Of a stretch of DNA of 46,142 bases, positions 35,955-45,087 are shown in pieces. The position numbers and the translations under genes were made by a program. The stretch spans positions 1 through 46,142 of IMG/VR virus record IMGVR_UViG_3300028585_000034. One strand, given 5' to 3'. The stretch comes from a virus (lineage: Duplodnaviria > Caudoviricetes). The notes below the pieces were generated by a model. It worked only from the letters and a program-made list of their open reading frames with translations. It had not been told where the DNA came from and did no database searches. Every line of letters starts with the position of its first letter. Within the stretch, counting starts at the first letter, position 1.

Positions 35955-37775
35955 ATGATCGAAGTAAATTCATTTGCTGAACTCCGTACCACCAAGCCTT
36001 CTGCATCAGGCGAAATCGCATTTCTTAAACGTTATTACGACAAGGATTCAACTTTTAATGGCGGCGGCCGCTTCGCAGGTTTTATTGACACCAAGGGGAA
36101 AGCGCCTGCGGATGACAATGGCACCATTGCGGTATCTTCTGCCGGAGATTATTACTGGCAACGTATTATTGATGATGTTTCTACTATCAATATTTTCCAT
36201 TTTGGCGGTAAGCGCTTACGTGGTTCGGCTTCATTTGATGCAGATAACGGCACGGTTAACCACGACGCCTGCATTAACATGTATCGCTGGGCCAAAAGCT
36301 TTGTATCACCGATCGATGATGCGTCCAAAAGCCCTATCCGTGATATCGGTATTCGTTTTCCAGCCGGTAAGTTCATCATTAACCCTGTTGATTTAACCGG
36401 TGAGGGTGAACTACCATTTTTCAATATGTATGGCGATGACTGCGAATATGGCGTTGCGCCCAGAACAATTATTACCTCTGATAAGTCTGCTAATACAGTA
36501 TTCAAGGTTAAAGCGCGACGTACGGCTATTCGCGGTATTTTCTGGGATGGTCAGGCGACCGCCGATACCACTGCAAATACCGGCGCAATTACCTCTGCCA
36601 TGGTAAGTAATCAGCAGCCATTTTTTCAAAACATCACGATCGAAGGGCAGTATATTAATGTCACCTGTTTTCGCGCAGAAAACACCGGTAACTCCGTGTT
36701 CAAGTTTATTGATACGCTTGATACACGACTGGATCAGATCTACTCCAAAAATACCTATAGTCGGGTATTTGACATCACCTGGTCAGATTCAACTCAGGGT
36801 AACTGGGACCATTCCACGGCCGTGGAGTTAACCAACTCCAACTTCCAGTATGGTTATGGTGAAGCCACGCTATTTATGCCGCGCGTGGGCCAGGGGCTGA
36901 TTCGTAATGTGTGGATTGAGCACACGCGATTCCCTGGCGATCTAAGTAATGGTCAGTGGATCATTGATGCGCTGAGCATTGAATCTTCCGTTAACCCCTT
37001 AAAGCTCAATTATTCACGCGTACTAATGCGCCAGCTGAGCTTGCAGTCTGGTGCCAGCATTGATACCGAGCGCACCGGTTCTGCACTGCTCTCAAATTAC
37101 GAACATGGCTGGCGTCGTGATGAGAACTATGGCACTCAGATGACCGGTTCTATGAAGGCTGGCTGGTACTCGGGCTATCGCGTCACCAATACAAGTACTG
37201 AAGATAAATGGTTCCGTCTGGGCAAGTTCTTTTTCCCTCGTGCTAATCAGCACTGGCATATTGAAATGCTGGGTAAAGCACTCCGTGATACCACCACACC
37301 GTCTGGCACTGCGCCCTTACTGGCCAATGTCTGCGGTAAAACACTGCTTAACATTTACCGTGGGGAGAGTTCTGTCGGCGGAAACCTGCATTATGAAGGT
37401 GATTCCGGTGTGATTGACTGCATTGTTCGCACCAGTGACGACAAAGGAAAATATGGTGAAGTCTGGATCAAGCTTAAAGCACAGTGTGGTGATGTGGTAA
37501 TCAACCTTACCACTGATGGCCCATCGCGCTTCGAGGCCGGTGAATGCTCTCTGTTCACTGTTGATTTGTCTGAAGTAACCGATCTGAAAATAGCTGACCG
37601 TGTGGCTCTGTCAACCGTGATGAATTATCACAATGGCGCAGCTGGCGTTGGTTTTGACGGCAAGGTCGTTACGCTGGCTTCGGAAGTGACTTCGGCACCT
37701 GCTGCCTCCGCGACACCAGCGGGGTATATCACCGTTAAGATCAATGGCGTTAACCGCAAGCTCGCGTATTTCTAA
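35955..37775 (+). CDS. AmsF/WceF-like tailspike-fold protein, putative EPS depolymerase
   Basis: SFAELRTT.P...GGG.F...W.R...NI.HFG N-terminus and FPAGKF beta-helix entry; no signal peptide. Confidence 0.7.
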   Translation: MIEVNSFAELRTTKPSASGEIAFLKRYYDKDSTFNGGGRFAGFIDTKGKAPADDNGTIAVSSAGDYYWQRIIDDVSTINIFHFGGKRLRGSASFDADNGTVNHDACINMYRWAKSFVSPIDDASKSPIRDIGIRFPAGKFIINPVDLTGEGELPFFNMYGDDCEYGVAPRTIITSDKSANTVFKVKARRTAIRGIFWDGQATADTTANTGAITSAMVSNQQPFFQNITIEGQYINVTCFRAENTGNSVFKFIDTLDTRLDQIYSKNTYSRVFDITWSDSTQGNWDHSTAVELTNSNFQYGYGEATLFMPRVGQGLIRNVWIEHTRFPGDLSNGQWIIDALSIESSVNPLKLNYSRVLMRQLSLQSGASIDTERTGSALLSNYEHGWRRDENYGTQMTGSMKAGWYSGYRVTNTSTEDKWFRLGKFFFPRANQHWHIEMLGKALRDTTTPSGTAPLLANVCGKTLLNIYRGESSVGGNLHYEGDSGVIDCIVRTSDDKGKYGEVWIKLKAQCGDVVINLTTDGPSRFEAGECSLFTVDLSEVTDLKIADRVALSTVMNYHNGAAGVGFDGKVVTLASEVTSAPAASATPAGYITVKINGVNRKLAYF

Positions 37776-37992
37776 TCACTTCAAACAGCGTTTATCCCAA
37801 GGCGCACTCTTCGGAGTGCGTTTAAATATAAACGTCTTCGGCAATTATCCGTTCTGTGATTTTTTGAAAATAGTAAAGCCAGGGTGAATGACTGACAGTC
37901 ACTCCCTGGCTATACGTTTATTTTTTGCGTGTATGAAAAATAAACTGCGTGATGTTAATGCGTTTTTTGGCTGAGTTATAAAAGGAAAATTT

Positions 37993-38805
37993 ATGTCTGA
38001 TATGATTGTTATTTCTCCTCCTGTGGTTACTACGGGCGACAGTAGTGTGATGTATCCCGGTGGTAATGGCGGCGGCGCAGCAGCAGGCGGCCCGCCACCC
38101 AATGTAAGATATGCGACAGAATTGCATGGTGGGAGTTATTACCGCAACGCCACACCCGTTATAGCGAAAGATTTAAAAGGTAATTTATCTGAGGAAAAGA
38201 AATTAGAGAATGCGATGTGGTGGTTTAAGAACTGTGTATTCATTAATATGTGCGAGCTCGCAGCAAGCCCTGTTGCAGAATTGGCTAGTCGATTTGATAC
38301 GCGCGAGCGAATTAATTTCTCCCCTGATAATGGTCCGCCTCAGTTAAGCAACTCTCCTTATGCAATTGCAGCTGCGCTAAGCAATTTTTTATGGGGTAAT
38401 GGCAGAACAATGAGTGTGGATATCGGTGCACTTTCATTGCAATTTATTCAGGCAGGTAACATCCCTGGTTTCAATGAACGAATGAATGCAATCGGCAACC
38501 CGGGACGTCATAATCTGACATTTTCGTTCCCTTATAACACAGCCAGCTCTAATGTGTTTATGCCTTATATTCTGGGCAATATTACGCTGCAACTTGATGG
38601 TACTTTTACCCGTAATGCTACCGGAACCTGGTCTTTTGATGGCGTGGTCAGAGCTCAGGCGCCAGATTTATATGATTTCAACGCCAGTACGCACCGAAGT
38701 AAAACTAACGAAGACTTGACCACCATCGGTCGATGGATGGGCGAGCGCTTCAACGGTGTGCCTTATAAGATAGAAATTAATGGTGAAACCGCTGTTAAGT
38801 TCTAA
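37993..38805 (+). CDS. Colicin M-like lipid II-degrading bacteriocin
   Basis: LGNITL..DGT and DLYDFNASTHR...E.LT match the ColM catalytic region; TonB-box-like DMIVIS and Gly/Pro-rich N-terminus. Confidence 0.92.
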   Translation: MSDMIVISPPVVTTGDSSVMYPGGNGGGAAAGGPPPNVRYATELHGGSYYRNATPVIAKDLKGNLSEEKKLENAMWWFKNCVFINMCELAASPVAELASRFDTRERINFSPDNGPPQLSNSPYAIAAALSNFLWGNGRTMSVDIGALSLQFIQAGNIPGFNERMNAIGNPGRHNLTFSFPYNTASSNVFMPYILGNITLQLDGTFTRNATGTWSFDGVVRAQAPDLYDFNASTHRSKTNEDLTTIGRWMGERFNGVPYKIEINGETAVKF

Positions 38806-38853
38806 AAGGTAAACGAGTAAGATTTTCATCTTGTTGCCTGAAGGAGGAGTCAT

Positions 38854-39237
38854 ATGAAAGGCGTAGTAAAATTTTTAGTTATGACCGCCATAGCGTCAGG
38901 CGTGCTTGCTTTAGCTGCGCTGATCGTTCTGATTATCTGGAGCAGACCTTCAAAGATCGAAGCTTCCGACGTTGAAGCATGTCGCCATTATGATAATCAG
39001 GCAATCATGTCAAAGGTTATCAGGGCTAAATCGGGTGACAGGTCTCCGTGGAAAAGCTTCTCTGATGCTCAGGATGTCGCTGAGAAAAGTGGAATGCTTA
39101 TCGACCCCGATCAGATATCATTTGGTAATGATATTTGGCTGGTTCCTTTCACTCAGCGCACAGGCCAGTCGGTGACCGAGGCGTACTTCGGCATGCTGGA
39201 CTGTACAACCGATAATGTTGAATTTAGTAAAAAGTGA
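38854..39237 (+). CDS. Colicin M immunity protein (Cmi/YebF family)
   Basis: N-terminal TM anchor, two Cys, W.VPF...Y...LDC....VEF; adjacent to the toxin gene. Confidence 0.85.
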   Translation: MKGVVKFLVMTAIASGVLALAALIVLIIWSRPSKIEASDVEACRHYDNQAIMSKVIRAKSGDRSPWKSFSDAQDVAEKSGMLIDPDQISFGNDIWLVPFTQRTGQSVTEAYFGMLDCTTDNVEFSKK

Positions 39238-39260
39238 CGCCAACCCTCATTGGTAAGACG

Positions 39261-39299
39261 GTATCACAAGGCGCATTCCTGGAGTGCGCCTGATGATAT
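39261..39299 (+). repeat. CA/GA internal-loop hairpin (copy 3)
   Basis: gtatca-CA-aggcgcattc-ctg-gagtgcgcct-GA-tgatat. Confidence 0.8.
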
Positions 39300-39494
39300 T
39301 AGCTGCCATAACACGCCTCCCGTTAACGGTTAGCTACGCTGACCCCTCTCTGCATTAAAACGATGCGCTTATTCTCTTCAGTTATCTGCGAAACAGTGTC
39401 TTCTTCGTTATCCGGGGTGAAAGTTCAGGCTGGTCCAGCTTGCCTTGCTGCACGCTAAAATGCCCGGCAGCGGCGGTTGTTGTTATCACCGGCG

Positions 39495-39529
39495 CAAAAG
39501 CGCATAAAAAAAGGCCGCTTACGCGACCT
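39495..39529. repeat. 35-bp direct repeat, right copy (terminator of the 39550 gene)
   Basis: caaaagcgcataaaaaaaggccgcttacgcgacct. Confidence 0.85.
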
Positions 39530-39549
39530 TTTTTGCCAACTGTGCTGGA

Positions 39550-39738
39550 TTACGCCGCTTTCAGCGCTTTCACATCGATATCTGAACGGAAGATGCCGTG
39601 CTTTGATGCCTGCTCTTCAAAGAAATCGTTCAGCGCGCGTACCACGCTTTCACCCTGAATCAGCAGCGTATCTTCAATAGCCTGACCGCTTTTCTTCACG
39701 ATGTAACTTACTGACCAGCTCATAGGTTGTGCATTCAT
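39550..39738 (-). CDS. Small hypothetical protein
   Basis: GGAG upstream; terminator downstream. Confidence 0.65.
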   Translation of the reverse strand: MNAQPMSWSVSYIVKKSGQAIEDTLLIQGESVVRALNDFFEEQASKHGIFRSDIDVKALKAA

Positions 39739-40020
39739 TTTATTCACTCCGCTTCATGTCATCGCTTATTTCGCCTTACCTTATTAATCGACCACATCAC
39801 ATCGAAACTTTACTGCTTTCTGTAAAATTTCCGCGCCCGCAGCGGCCAGTGTGCCGCGTTACGCTGAACTCAGCTTGCGCCGATTTCTTCTGGCCCGCAT
39901 TTTGAGTTAGGCTGTTGGCGGGCAGAAAGACCTGCTGAGCGGCATCAGGGTGCGCTAATCAGCCCGGGCCTGGGGTCGTTATGGCGGCGAGCAGGCCGTT
40001 TATTTTCCAGGGGACGTAAA

Positions 40021-40377
40021 ATGAAAAATGTTGTTCTGAGCATACTGGCGAAAATTTCTAAAATGGATGTCACCACCAAGCAGCTGAGCGCCAGAGTAGA
40101 AGCGCAGTCGCTGCTGATCGGCGCGCTGGTGCTGGCTGTAGGGAAAAATGGCGGCGTCATTAATATGATTGAGAGCGTCAACAAAGCGATCAACTCGGTG
40201 CTGAACTCAGCGGAAGACGATGCCGGTTTAAAATCAGATGCGGCGATTTTGCTCGGCGAGTTTCAGGAACTGCTGGCGATTTCAAAGCTGATCGAAAGTG
40301 AGGATCCTGAAGTCGACCATCAGGAGCTTTCGGCGCTGACCATCGCTGCGGAGGCCGAGCTGGAAAATAAAAAATAG
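40021..40377 (+). CDS. iraP: IraP-like anti-adapter protein
   Basis: MKN....L.K.......KQL.A.VEA pattern of the IraP family. Confidence 0.6.
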   Translation: MKNVVLSILAKISKMDVTTKQLSARVEAQSLLIGALVLAVGKNGGVINMIESVNKAINSVLNSAEDDAGLKSDAAILLGEFQELLAISKLIESEDPEVDHQELSALTIAAEAELENKK

Positions 40378-40567
40378 TGGCCGATAGTCCGTTTTCCCTT
40401 CATTAAATGTCGCTTTTACCTCGGCGGGCCTTGCCGGACCCGCCGCATTATTCTTGCTCTACCCCCCTCAGTTAACCTTCGTCACACCTCTGCACTGGCT
40501 GGCCAGCCGCATGCGATCGTCTTTCTGTGAAACAGGCGTCACAAAAAAAGGGCGCGCTTCGCTTAAA

Positions 40568-40585
40568 ATTTAAGTAAACTTAAAT
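40568..40585. promoter_or_regulatory. P22 c2-type operator
   Basis: ATTTAAG-TAAA-CTTAAAT. Confidence 0.75.
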
Positions 40586-40612
40586 TTCAGAGTGATTTTT
40601 CAGGAGTGTAAT

Positions 40613-40909
40613 ATGGCGAGTTTTAACATTTCGATTGAACTGCGTGGGGAAGACGATGCGGCAGCTGACTATCGACGGCTGCGCAGCAAAATGAGCGAGC
40701 ACGGTTTCAGGCACAGCGTCTCGGATAAAACCGGCACGCATTTTCGTCTGCCGCGTGATGAATATACCTGGTCAGGGTATGCCACGCGCCACGAGGTGCT
40801 GGATAAAGTCTATCTGATTCTGGTGGAGTTTATTCCCGATCCCGGTGTGATGGTCACCGAAGCTGCCGGACGGGCGTGGCGCGGGCTGAAAGAAATCGAT
40901 CTCTCGTGA
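40613..40909 (+). CDS. GhoS/DUF2622-like protein
   Basis: F.I.IEL....DY..L..KM...GF...G..F.LP..EY...VMVTE..GR.W.GL; AGGAG RBS. Confidence 0.75.
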   Translation: MASFNISIELRGEDDAAADYRRLRSKMSEHGFRHSVSDKTGTHFRLPRDEYTWSGYATRHEVLDKVYLILVEFIPDPGVMVTEAAGRAWRGLKEIDLS

Positions 40910-41145
40910 CGGTTATCACGGCTGCCGCCTGGCAGCCTGCTGTCATCGCCGGCGTCAGCCGATCGTTTTTTCTGGCGTATCCTCGCCAAAAAAGGGACGG
41001 CTTGCCGGGCACGCTGCCGTTTCGGCTGCTATCTTTAACCGGCAGCGAATCCCCCTGAGCGGCGGGGCGCAGAGTCGATACCTGCCTGAGAGCGCAAACA
41101 AACTTGACCTGGTTTGTTTACCGGGAGGCACCCGGCGCTGCAACT

Positions 41146-41814
41146 TCAGTCACGCTCTTTATCCGCGTCGTCGGCACCGTAATAGAGCTGGCCTAATTTA
41201 ATTAAGGGCCTGCCCTGCGATTTACGATGCAGGTTAGTGTCGCGCAGCGAGTAAACACAGCCACAATATTCCTGCTGATAGAACTGCTCGCGCTTGCTGA
41301 TCTCAATCATGCGCGACGATCCGCCCTGTTTCCGCCAGTTATAGTCCCAGTAAGTCAGGCCATAGCCCGCGGCGGCGCGATGCCCACAGTCGTTGATCTG
41401 CTTCATATCTTTCCAGCGCGAAATGCCCAGTGAGCTGCTGATCACGTTGAAGCCGTGTTCCGCGCCGTACAGCGCAGTGCGCTCGAAGCGCATATCAAAA
41501 CACATGGTGCAGCGCGGACCGCGTTCCGGTTCCCACTCCATGCCTTTGGCACGTTCAAACCAGTTATCGGTATCGTAATCGGCGTCGACGAAGGGCACGT
41601 TGTGCTTTTCGGCAAAACGAATATTTTCTTCTTTGCGGAGAAGATATTCCTTTTGCGGATGGATATTAGGGTTATAGAAAAAGATGGTGTACTCGATGCC
41701 AGAAGCCTGAATGGCTTCCATCACTTCTCCTGAGCAGGGCGCGCAGCAGGAGTGCAGCAGCAGTTTTTTTTCACCGGCGGGCAAGGTAAGAAGAGGGCGT
41801 TCAAATTCCTGCAT
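41146..41814 (-). CDS. queH: Epoxyqueuosine reductase QueH
   Basis: [25 protein letters not shown] and YQQEYCGC motifs. Confidence 0.95.
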   Translation of the reverse strand: MQEFERPLLTLPAGEKKLLLHSCCAPCSGEVMEAIQASGIEYTIFFYNPNIHPQKEYLLRKEENIRFAEKHNVPFVDADYDTDNWFERAKGMEWEPERGPRCTMCFDMRFERTALYGAEHGFNVISSSLGISRWKDMKQINDCGHRAAAGYGLTYWDYNWRKQGGSSRMIEISKREQFYQQEYCGCVYSLRDTNLHRKSQGRPLIKLGQLYYGADDADKERD

Positions 41815-41925
41815 GGGATATCCACAAATCGATTAACGGTTAGCGCGCACCATAACAAGAATGGCGGCGAGGGTTAACCGCTAATGTGGTTCTGCTACGG
41901 TAAACAGCCTGCTAACGGTCGATTA

Positions 41926-42180
41926 TCAGGCATCGCAGAAGCCGGTTTTCTCCAGCAGGCGGCGCGCATAATCGAGCTCTTCGCTCGACGCGCCTTTACT
42001 GGCTTCGCGCATCAGGCAGTCGTCATTGTTTAACATCGGCGGACGACCGTAGCCCGGTTTGTCATACCACTCCAGCGACCAGCGGTTGGTGTGGCGATAA
42101 TGATAAATCGTCAGCCAGCGGCTGCAGTTGGCCGGATAGCCGCTGAGCACCTCAACTTTTTGCTGTGTGAGCGTGCCCAT
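41926..42180 (-). CDS. Hypothetical protein
   Basis: Probable start MGTLTQQK within the 110-aa ORF. Confidence 0.55.
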   Translation of the reverse strand: MGTLTQQKVEVLSGYPANCSRWLTIYHYRHTNRWSLEWYDKPGYGRPPMLNNDDCLMREASKGASSEELDYARRLLEKTGFCDA

Positions 42181-42470
42181 TAATGAGGACAGAAAGCTAA
42201 GAAACTCGGGAACTTTTATCGCGCCGGTGATGGTTATCATAGGGACCTTGCTGGGCAACAGCGCACGCCTCGAAAAAGCGTCGCCTGAAATTCTGAATAT
42301 TGACTATAGCCGCAAGGGGTAATAATTCCCGTTCCTGATGAATAAAAAGTAAAAAAGTTGACCGGGCGCGCGATTTTTACGCGGCGTAAGGCCAAAAAGG
42401 CTGCGTGGTAAAAGAGACGCTCATACCAGATTAATCTGTTTCCTGCGCAAAAGTCCCCCAACTTAACTAA

Positions 42471-42488
42471 ATTAAAGTAAACTTAAAT
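42471..42488. promoter_or_regulatory. P22 c2-type operator
   Basis: ATTAAAG-TAAA-CTTAAAT. Confidence 0.75.
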
Positions 42489-42518
42489 CTCATTTCTCGA
42501 CAGGGTAAGGGGTACCAT

Positions 42519-42809
42519 ATGGCTAGTTATACCATCCGCGTTGAACTACGCGATGCCACGGCAGAGGATTATGAAAACTTGCATGAACGGATGAAACATC
42601 ACGGCTTCCGGCGCAGCCTGATTTGCAAGCAGGGCACCGTTTACTGGTTGCCGCATGAGGAGTATGTCTGCGTCAGTTTTGATACACGACAGGAGATTCT
42701 CGATCGCGCTTTTCAACTGGCCACTGAGGTCAACGTCAATCCGGCAGTGCTGGTCACGGAATCGACCGGCCGCACCTGGCGGGGACTTGAAGCACTGGAC
42801 TGCCTGTAA
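42519..42809 (+). CDS. GhoS/DUF2622-like protein (paralog)
   Basis: MASYTIRVEL...DYENLHERM...GF...G..Y.LP..EY...VLVTE..GR.W.GL. Confidence 0.8.
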   Translation: MASYTIRVELRDATAEDYENLHERMKHHGFRRSLICKQGTVYWLPHEEYVCVSFDTRQEILDRAFQLATEVNVNPAVLVTESTGRTWRGLEALDCL

Positions 42810-42891
42810 AACAGGCACACATTAACCCCACCCGATTACGCGACGCCGCTGGCTAACGTGATCGGGTGGTCTTGCCGCGGAGGCGCACGAA

Positions 42892-42993
42892 CTAACTGGC
42901 ACCAGGCAGGTAAGCGCCGCTGGCGATAAACCAGACCAGCAAACCCACGCCGGCGATAATGATCGCGATGGGAAAAAGCACACCGATACGCAT
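42892..42993 (-). CDS. yoaK: YoaK family small membrane protein
   Basis: MRIGVLFPIAIIIAGVGLLVWFIASGAYLPGAS resembles E. coli YoaK. Confidence 0.75.
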   Translation of the reverse strand: MRIGVLFPIAIIIAGVGLLVWFIASGAYLPGAS

Positions 42994-43260
42994 CTCTGTT
43001 TCCTTGAGGTTGAACTGCGCGCAACTGGCGCAACGGACCGAAATTATAACGGCTATTGCCGCCCGGCAACAGCGCTTGCCTCGCACCCTCCACAACAAAA
43101 AAAGGGCCACACACCTTGCGGCAGTGGCCAAAAAAACTCTCCCATTCGCGCTGCGGCACATGTTTCCGCATAAACGCATTGATGACAGCACGTCATCGCT
43201 GGCGCCACTCACTGAGCAGCGCCAGCGCTGCGGTCCCGGCATCGTCCTGCTAGCAACCAT

Positions 43261-43278
43261 ATTAAAGATAACTTAAAT
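43261..43278. promoter_or_regulatory. P22 c2-type operator (OL position)
   Basis: ATTAAAG-ATAA-CTTAAAT just downstream of the repressor gene. Confidence 0.75.
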
Positions 43279-43335
43279 AAAATTGCAAGCTTATTGCGCG
43301 CTCAATGAAAAAAAGTCAGTGACGGTAATCTGTCG

Positions 43336-43995
43336 CTACGCCTGAGTCGTGGTTTTTTGCCGATAACGACGATGCTCTATCAGCGTGCCTGCCAGGCTCA
43401 CCGGCGTTTGATTAGATCGCAGGGAAGGGTAATCGTCATTCAGCGGCACCAGTTCGAACACCTCTTCACCTTCCACCATGCCGCGCGGCCGGTATTTCGC
43501 AAACAGCGCTTCGCTGCCGGTGGCGGCCACCACAAAATCACCGGGTATCGGCGTGACCGCCGGGTCGATGATGATGGCATCACCGGCTCGAAATTCCGGC
43601 TCCATTGCGTTACCGGTAATGATCAGGGCGAAGGCAGCGCTGGAGAGATCCACATTACTCTGTAGCCAGCTAACCCCTTCAGGCGACTCAAGAAAGGCGG
43701 TGCCGCGCCAGTTAGCGGCCTGTTGATAGCTGATAATCGGCACCGCATGCGCGCGCTCCGTCGGGCTGGTGGGCAGCATAAACAGATCGCCTTCACCATC
43801 AAAAACCCAGGCGGGCGTGCAGCCGAGTGCTGCCGCAACCCGCAGCAGGTTTTCCCCGCGTGGCACGGTTTCATCCTTCTCCCACTGAGAAATCGCGACG
43901 TGTGAAACGCCGACTTTTGCCGCTAACGCTTTCTGCGTGAGCCGGCATTCTTTGCGTCTCGCCCGAATGCGATCGCCGATAGTTTGTCTGTTCAT
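43336..43995 (-). CDS. P22 c2-like repressor with inactivated S24 domain
   Basis: G.RIRARRK...Q.AL...VGVSHVAISQWE..ET.P.GENLL closely follows P22 c2; GNAMEP and QQAA replace GDSM and QAG. Confidence 0.9.
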   Translation of the reverse strand: MNRQTIGDRIRARRKECRLTQKALAAKVGVSHVAISQWEKDETVPRGENLLRVAAALGCTPAWVFDGEGDLFMLPTSPTERAHAVPIISYQQAANWRGTAFLESPEGVSWLQSNVDLSSAAFALIITGNAMEPEFRAGDAIIIDPAVTPIPGDFVVAATGSEALFAKYRPRGMVEGEEVFELVPLNDDYPSLRSNQTPVSLAGTLIEHRRYRQKTTTQA

Positions 43996-44062
43996 AGTTA
44001 AGTAACCTTAAATGAGCTTGACTTAAGTTTTCTTTAGATAAATAATTTAAGTATTCTTTATC
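43996..44062 (+). promoter_or_regulatory. Three OR operators and pR
   Basis: AGTTAAG-TAAC-CTTAAAT, ACTTAAG-TTTT-CTTTAGA, ATTTAAG-TATT-CTTTATC; TTGACT-17-AATAAT. Confidence 0.8.
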
Positions 44063-44108
44063 TTTGGCTGGTGCTAATCAGTCAATTGGTTAACGAAGCT
44101 GAATTACC

Positions 44109-44156
44109 CGCTCTTTCACAACGGACATGATGTCCTATAGCCGCCGAACAGGTGGC
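44109..44156 (+). promoter_or_regulatory. nut site
   Basis: boxA CGCTCTTTCACA; boxB GCCGCC-GAACA-GGTGGC. Confidence 0.75.
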
Positions 44157-44703
44157 AATTCTTTGCAGTGATTTCCTGCATTTATAACGTCAGGCCCCGC
44201 TACGTCCGTCGCGAGGTGCCTGCACTCTCCCTGATACGTTTTTTTCTCACAATTATGCACCCGTGCTGGCGCCTTGCTTTTGGCGCTGCCTGGTGCGCTA
44301 TGGCAGTTCATTAGTGACGTCAGGAGGCATCATGACCACATTTTATTGCATCGCCAGCAGCGCTCGCCGTTGCCCGCTTTGTACTCCGCAGGCGCTTTAC
44401 CTGCCTTATAACCGCACCCGTTTTGGGGCAATACCATGGGCATCAGGATTTCCCTCGCACGCTAAACCACCACGACTTACCCGCACCACCAGACTTTGGC
44501 TGATTGTTAACACGCAGAAGCACAAGCAAATGCATGAGCTTCTGAAATGAGGGCGGGTTGTTGTCAACGCGACCGGCTACCCGAGCGGGAATTGCGTTTC
44601 TTACGACAACCTCATTTGTGGCAGGTTTTAGCGGAAATAACGATGAGCAAATATCCCTTTTTATCCTTGTTAACGTTTTTTAGCCAAGTCGAAGAGGTGT
44701 GGC

Positions 44704-45087
44704 ATGGAAAGTAGTTTGATTACCAGCATCGGCGCACTCCTTCTTGGCGGTAGTGCCGCGGCACTGTTCTGGAAACCCCTGATGGCGGGCTTAGCCACCA
44801 TCATCACCAGCAATCGGGCAGGAGGTGAAATTATTACCAGCTACAAAGAGCAGGTCGTGTGGCTTAAGGAAGCCAACATCGCGCTCAGAAAAGAGAACGA
44901 CGATCTGCGTACGCGTCATGAACAGAACATGCGTTGCATCTCTTCACTCGAAACCGATATGCGCCTGATGAAGAACTCGCTTGGCATCCTGCGCACAATG
45001 ACCGAGGTTGAGCAAAGCGACAAGTTCAGTAAGGAGATCAATCGTTTAATCACCACTTTGGAGACTATCAGCGATGACAACTGTTAA
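44704..45087 (+). CDS. N-terminal TM coiled-coil protein (possibly holin-like)
   Basis: GAGGT RBS; TM segment then heptad-rich region. Confidence 0.7.
   Translation: MESSLITSIGALLLGGSAAALFWKPLMAGLATIITSNRAGGEIITSYKEQVVWLKEANIALRKENDDLRTRHEQNMRCISSLETDMRLMKNSLGILRTMTEVEQSDKFSKEINRLITTLETISDDNC

Noticed and set aside
44263-44550. 95-aa ORF as a cro equivalent
   Set aside because: No HTH pattern; likely leader sequence or decayed DNA
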